DNA from: Microthyrium microscopicum
Lineage: Eukaryota
Direction of reading: 5' to 3'
DNA length: 64,000 bases
NCBI GenBank assembly: GCA_010405405.1
Contig: MU004242.1
Location: forward strand, 35,751 to 99,750
Shown: positions 60,431 through 64,000 of the stretch, piece by piece
Numbering within the stretch: the stretch's first letter is position 1
Layout of the letters: each line of letters begins with the position of its first letter
The notes under the pieces: generated by a model
What the model was told of the DNA's origin: nothing
The model's input: the letters and a program-made list of their open reading frames with translations, nothing else
Database searches by the model: none
Position numbers and translations under genes: made by a program

Positions 60431-61834
60431 ATGGCGACCTACAACATTACACAATGGCCAGCACCAAATTACATAAATCCCGTCACAAGAGGAAAGAGTC
60501 TGTTGGTTGTTGACACTGTACTACCGTTGTTCGCTGCTATTGTTGTCTGTTTACGCATCTATACCCGATTATACATCAAGAAATGGTTCGGCTTTGACGA
60601 TTTCCTCATCATATTATCCTTGGTAAATATGATCTTCCCATATGCAACTTTCGCTGAACTTAACCAACTGACACTCCCTAGGTGCTTTTTGTTGGACTTA
60701 GTGTTGTCATTAACGTAGCCGTGTTAAAGTACGGTTGGGACAGGCATGTTTGGGATATAAGGCCAGACAGACTTACAGGTCAGTATAACTCTTGCTTTTT
60801 ACGGCGTTCATGTTTGTATGCTGATACAATCGATACTTAGACTCAGCAAAGCTGATCTTCGTCACACGCATATTATACCCTGCTGCGTTATGTTCTATGC
60901 AACTTTCACTTTTATGGTTCTATTTTCGCCTAGTGCGCGACGTCCACTATAAAGTCTTTCGGCTCGTCGTCATAATCGCCGGAGGAATTTTCGTCTTCTC
61001 GTGGATCCTCAACATCATGCTCACCATCTTTACATGCTAGTAAGTACCTATCTTCCACATGTAACCCAAGAAAACACATATTTCGGTTCTAACAATAATT
61101 GTTTCCAAATAGTCCAATAGAAGCGTATTGGAACCCCTTCCTAAAAGGCGCAACATGTCTCGACAAACCCGCCATCACAGTCGGCAGCGCAGTCATAAAC
61201 AACTTCTTCGACCTATTCATCACCATCCTGCCCTTCCCCCTCGTCCTCACTCTCAAAGTACCGCGCCGGATCCTCATTATTACCATGTCACTGTTCGGTC
61301 TAGGATTCATCGCTACTCTTGCCAGTGTAATGCGCACATATTATTTGTGGATTGCATTATACAAAAGCCATGATACGACATGGGAAGCATATCCGCTATT
61401 CACTGTATGTGCTGTAGAACTCAGTCTTGGAATTGTAAGCTTCACGATGTATATTTGGAAAGAAAAACGAATCTAATTAGAGAATCTAGATATGCGCTTC
61501 CATACCGCCGTGTCGACCACTTTTTGATATACTATGCAAACGCATGAGCAACAACAAGCCCGTCCGTCGAAATGCAACACGATGGCTACCGAACCGGACG
61601 CGTCAAGCTGGTCTCGATACAAGTAGCATGATAACCTCCCTCCCGAGCTTGACTGTGCGCAGGCCGGAAACAGATAACGACGAACAGCCGTTGAAGATGG
61701 AGAAGGAGAGGAGGTTAAGTAGTTCTGAAACTAGCATGGATACAAAAAGTGTGGAGGCAGAGGAGGAAGGCCATGAACTGCAAGATAGTTCGTATGGCTC
61801 GAATGCTGGGAAACGGATACGCGATATTGTTTAG
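60431..61834 (+). CDS. PTH11-like (fungal rhodopsin-domain) integral membrane protein without CFEM; ~5 exons
   Basis: WPAPNYINPVTRG; VCLRIYTR....KWFGFDDFLII; YGWDRHVWDI; DLFITILPFPLV..L; FGLGFIATLASVMR; VELSLGI/ICASIPP; canonical introns. Confidence 0.9.
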
Positions 61835-63122
61835 TTTGCGTATTGTTCACGGCCTATGGAACGATTGTGCTACTACTTAGTAAATAGTAATGAGATTATG
61901 AGACTCACTTGAAGCATTGCTCCTATGATTCAGGGTTTCTTTTAAGCGTTGGGTAGATCGTCAGAATAAGGTTACGCCAGCTTTGGCTAAAAGTGTGCGG
62001 GCTGTAGCGTTCGTGGACACTTCACCTGCAATTTGTCATACATATCAGTATTTGAGAACGGACGAAAGGCGCTGTGGAGGACATATCTTATGTACCTGCT
62101 ATGAGTATAATAGGCATGGACGCCTGTCAGTGGGTTGTCGTCAATTTATACTACATTTTGATACTGTATCATTACACTTGCGTGTAAGTTGAGCGAGACT
62201 GTGAGACCTAACAAACTAAACATGGTAAATACAAATTCTGTCAGTCTGGACTCTGAAGACATCGTGGGCCAGAACAGATCTTTAATAAAAAATGCCGAAA
62301 ACGCACTCGTCTTTCACCAATAATATTTAGCCATTTCGATGAGCCTGTTCCAGGCTTTTGCTGCAGTCCCTTTTGAAATCGTCCATCCCCATTCAGCCTT
62401 GTCATCGTTGCGCTAACTCTAAAGCATCAACGAACAGCGAATGAGATCGAGAGTTGAGCTTAAGGCTGCCCAAAGGAGCGAAAGCTGAATTCTAGCCAAG
62501 AGAATGGATCCAACTTCTGGCAGAGTTGAAGCCAATCTTATCGTGAGAAAGGGTCTTCGATCCCAACTGGTTATGTTAAGCTTTTCAGTGGCGCTCTTAG
62601 CGGGCGATGAGTCGATGACAGGACGCCAGCTACGTCGGTGGTGAGATTTGAAATGCAGAGGGGCATTCTTCATCAGGCACATCAGATACGGTAACGCTGC
62701 TTGGCTGCGTAATATCGAACAATCCGGGCAACTTTTGCCCGCAACTAGACTCTGAAATCTGCAAGGCTATCGCATCAAACAGCAGATCGAGTGCTGGAAA
62801 ACTTGCGATGCTTGCTAAAGTTGCGATAGTGTTGACGCAGTGATCGGCAATAAGGTACGCCACGAACGCTATTGGTACTTCGGAACCATCATGAACCGGC
62901 TGCGCGGGCTCAGCCTGGCCAGATTGCTGTGAAAGCACTGCAAAGAAGACTCAAAACTCAGGCTGTTGTTTGGTTCTGGTGGGGAGCCCTTCTCGAAAGC
63001 TACCCATGATTGAACTTGAGCTCTCTCGCTACCCCTGAGATAGCTTGCAAGCTATTCGTACATGCTCGGTACTATTATACCTTTATTATCACCCTTTAAG
63101 CAGCCAGGAGACCTTTATATTC

Positions 63123-64000
63123 ATGAAAGCGACAGGAAAGAAGCCAAAGAAAGCTCGCCGGATAACCTCAGTTCTCAAGACCTTCATGGATCTCCTTCGA
63201 TTGAAAAGATGGTCATACACAGCAATTCCGCAGACTTCACATGACAAGTGGAATGAATCAACCACTTCCTTCTCCGACGATCACATCGAATCCACAGTCA
63301 ATTACTTTTCCAAGCTACCAGAAGAAGTAGTCACAGATATCCTCGTGTCCCTTTTAGATGACTTGACATTAGACCAGATGGTTGATACCATCTTGACCTC
63401 AAAATCATGGTATCACTTAGGTCTTCCACTTCTCAGGCACTACGAAATCGCTGCGAGCAACAACCCAGATGATGACAGTGACCGATTGTCATTACCCTTC
63501 TGTAATCCATGGTTCGATGCGCCATGCCTTTTCTCGCATATGTCCAATTCGAGATTGGAAAGCCTCCACAATCTGACACTAGATCTCGATTGCACAAACA
63601 CATCTTGGTTCTCCAGTGAATCCTGGCCGCCCTGGCCTAGTAGTCTCGAAGCAAAGCCTGGAACTCTTACCGCACTCACTACACTTTCCTTGACGGTACG
63701 AAACTGCGCATCAGTGGACTTGGAATCTCCTTCGTCAACATCAGAATTGCTTCAAGATATACTCATGCTCTTCAACCACAAGGATGTACCTCTAGAGAAC
63801 ATAGAGCTTAATCTCGATGGAGTAAGCTGTCTTCCAGCAACAATGGCAGCCGTCACGAGCAATGCAAGATTTGAGGCCAACAGAGTTGAAGAGGCCAAAT
63901 CAAGTTTCCAAATGTTGGTCGAACGACTAAAGCTCCAACTGCGCATGATACAGATTCGAGGCAAGATCCGCAACTTTTCATTGCGTTGGATTGTCGATTC
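63123..64000 (+). CDS. F-box domain protein, 5' part (runs off window; not in ORF track)
   Basis: Frame from ATG 63123 (or 63186) appears open to the window end and contains FSKLPEEVVTDILVSLL...LTSKSWYHLGLPLL. Confidence 0.72.
   Translation, partial: MKATGKKPKKARRITSVLKTFMDLLRLKRWSYTAIPQTSHDKWNESTTSFSDDHIESTVNYFSKLPEEVVTDILVSLLDDLTLDQMVDTILTSKSWYHLGLPLLRHYEIAASNNPDDDSDRLSLPFCNPWFDAPCLFSHMSNSRLESLHNLTLDLDCTNTSWFSSESWPPWPSSLEAKPGTLTALTTLSLTVRNCASVDLESPSSTSELLQDILMLFNHKDVPLENIELNLDGVSCLPATMAAVTSNARFEANRVEEAKSSFQMLVERLKLQLRMIQIRGKIRNFSLRWIVD

Noticed and set aside
62160..62940. Minus-strand ORF fragments 62419-62938 as a gene or pseudogene
   Set aside because: Overlapping short frames with stops, no recognisable domain and no convincing splice signals.
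1..64000. Starship giant element or secondary-metabolite backbone cluster
   Set aside because: No tyrosine-recombinase captain, PKS, NRPS or terpene synthase was recognised in the window.

Overview
Eukaryotic window from a filamentous ascomycete (GT-AG introns with CTAAC branch sites, heavy RIP mutation; a Dothideomycete such as Venturia is plausible but is an inference). Bases 1-8330 are an AT-rich RIP-degraded transposon block with two N gaps. It holds a probable copia-like relic and a Fot1/pogo element into which a 3.45-kb Mutator element has inserted, with TIRs and a perfect 9-bp TSD. Bases 8.7-64 kb are gene-rich: secreted enzymes and effector-like proteins next to the AT block, an L-type lectin, C2H2 and F-box proteins, D-lactate dehydrogenase, two hybrid histidine kinases, a GGCT-like protein, a WSC protein, CFT2/CPSF100 and a PTH11-like receptor. 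The most unusual content is a set of bacterial-type genes. One is a full-length HypX/HoxX homologue, the CO-generating formyltransferase-crotonase fusion of [NiFe]-hydrogenase maturation, in a lineage with no known [NiFe]-hydrogenase. The others are an intronless homologue of the mycobacterial phosphopantetheinyl hydrolase PptH and a subtilase with an apparent Glu-His-Ser triad. An unannotated ~200-bp MITE-like family (two copies, one inside a kinase intron) and spliced small secreted proteins missed by the ORF track were also found. All family assignments come from motif recognition by eye; no database search was run.
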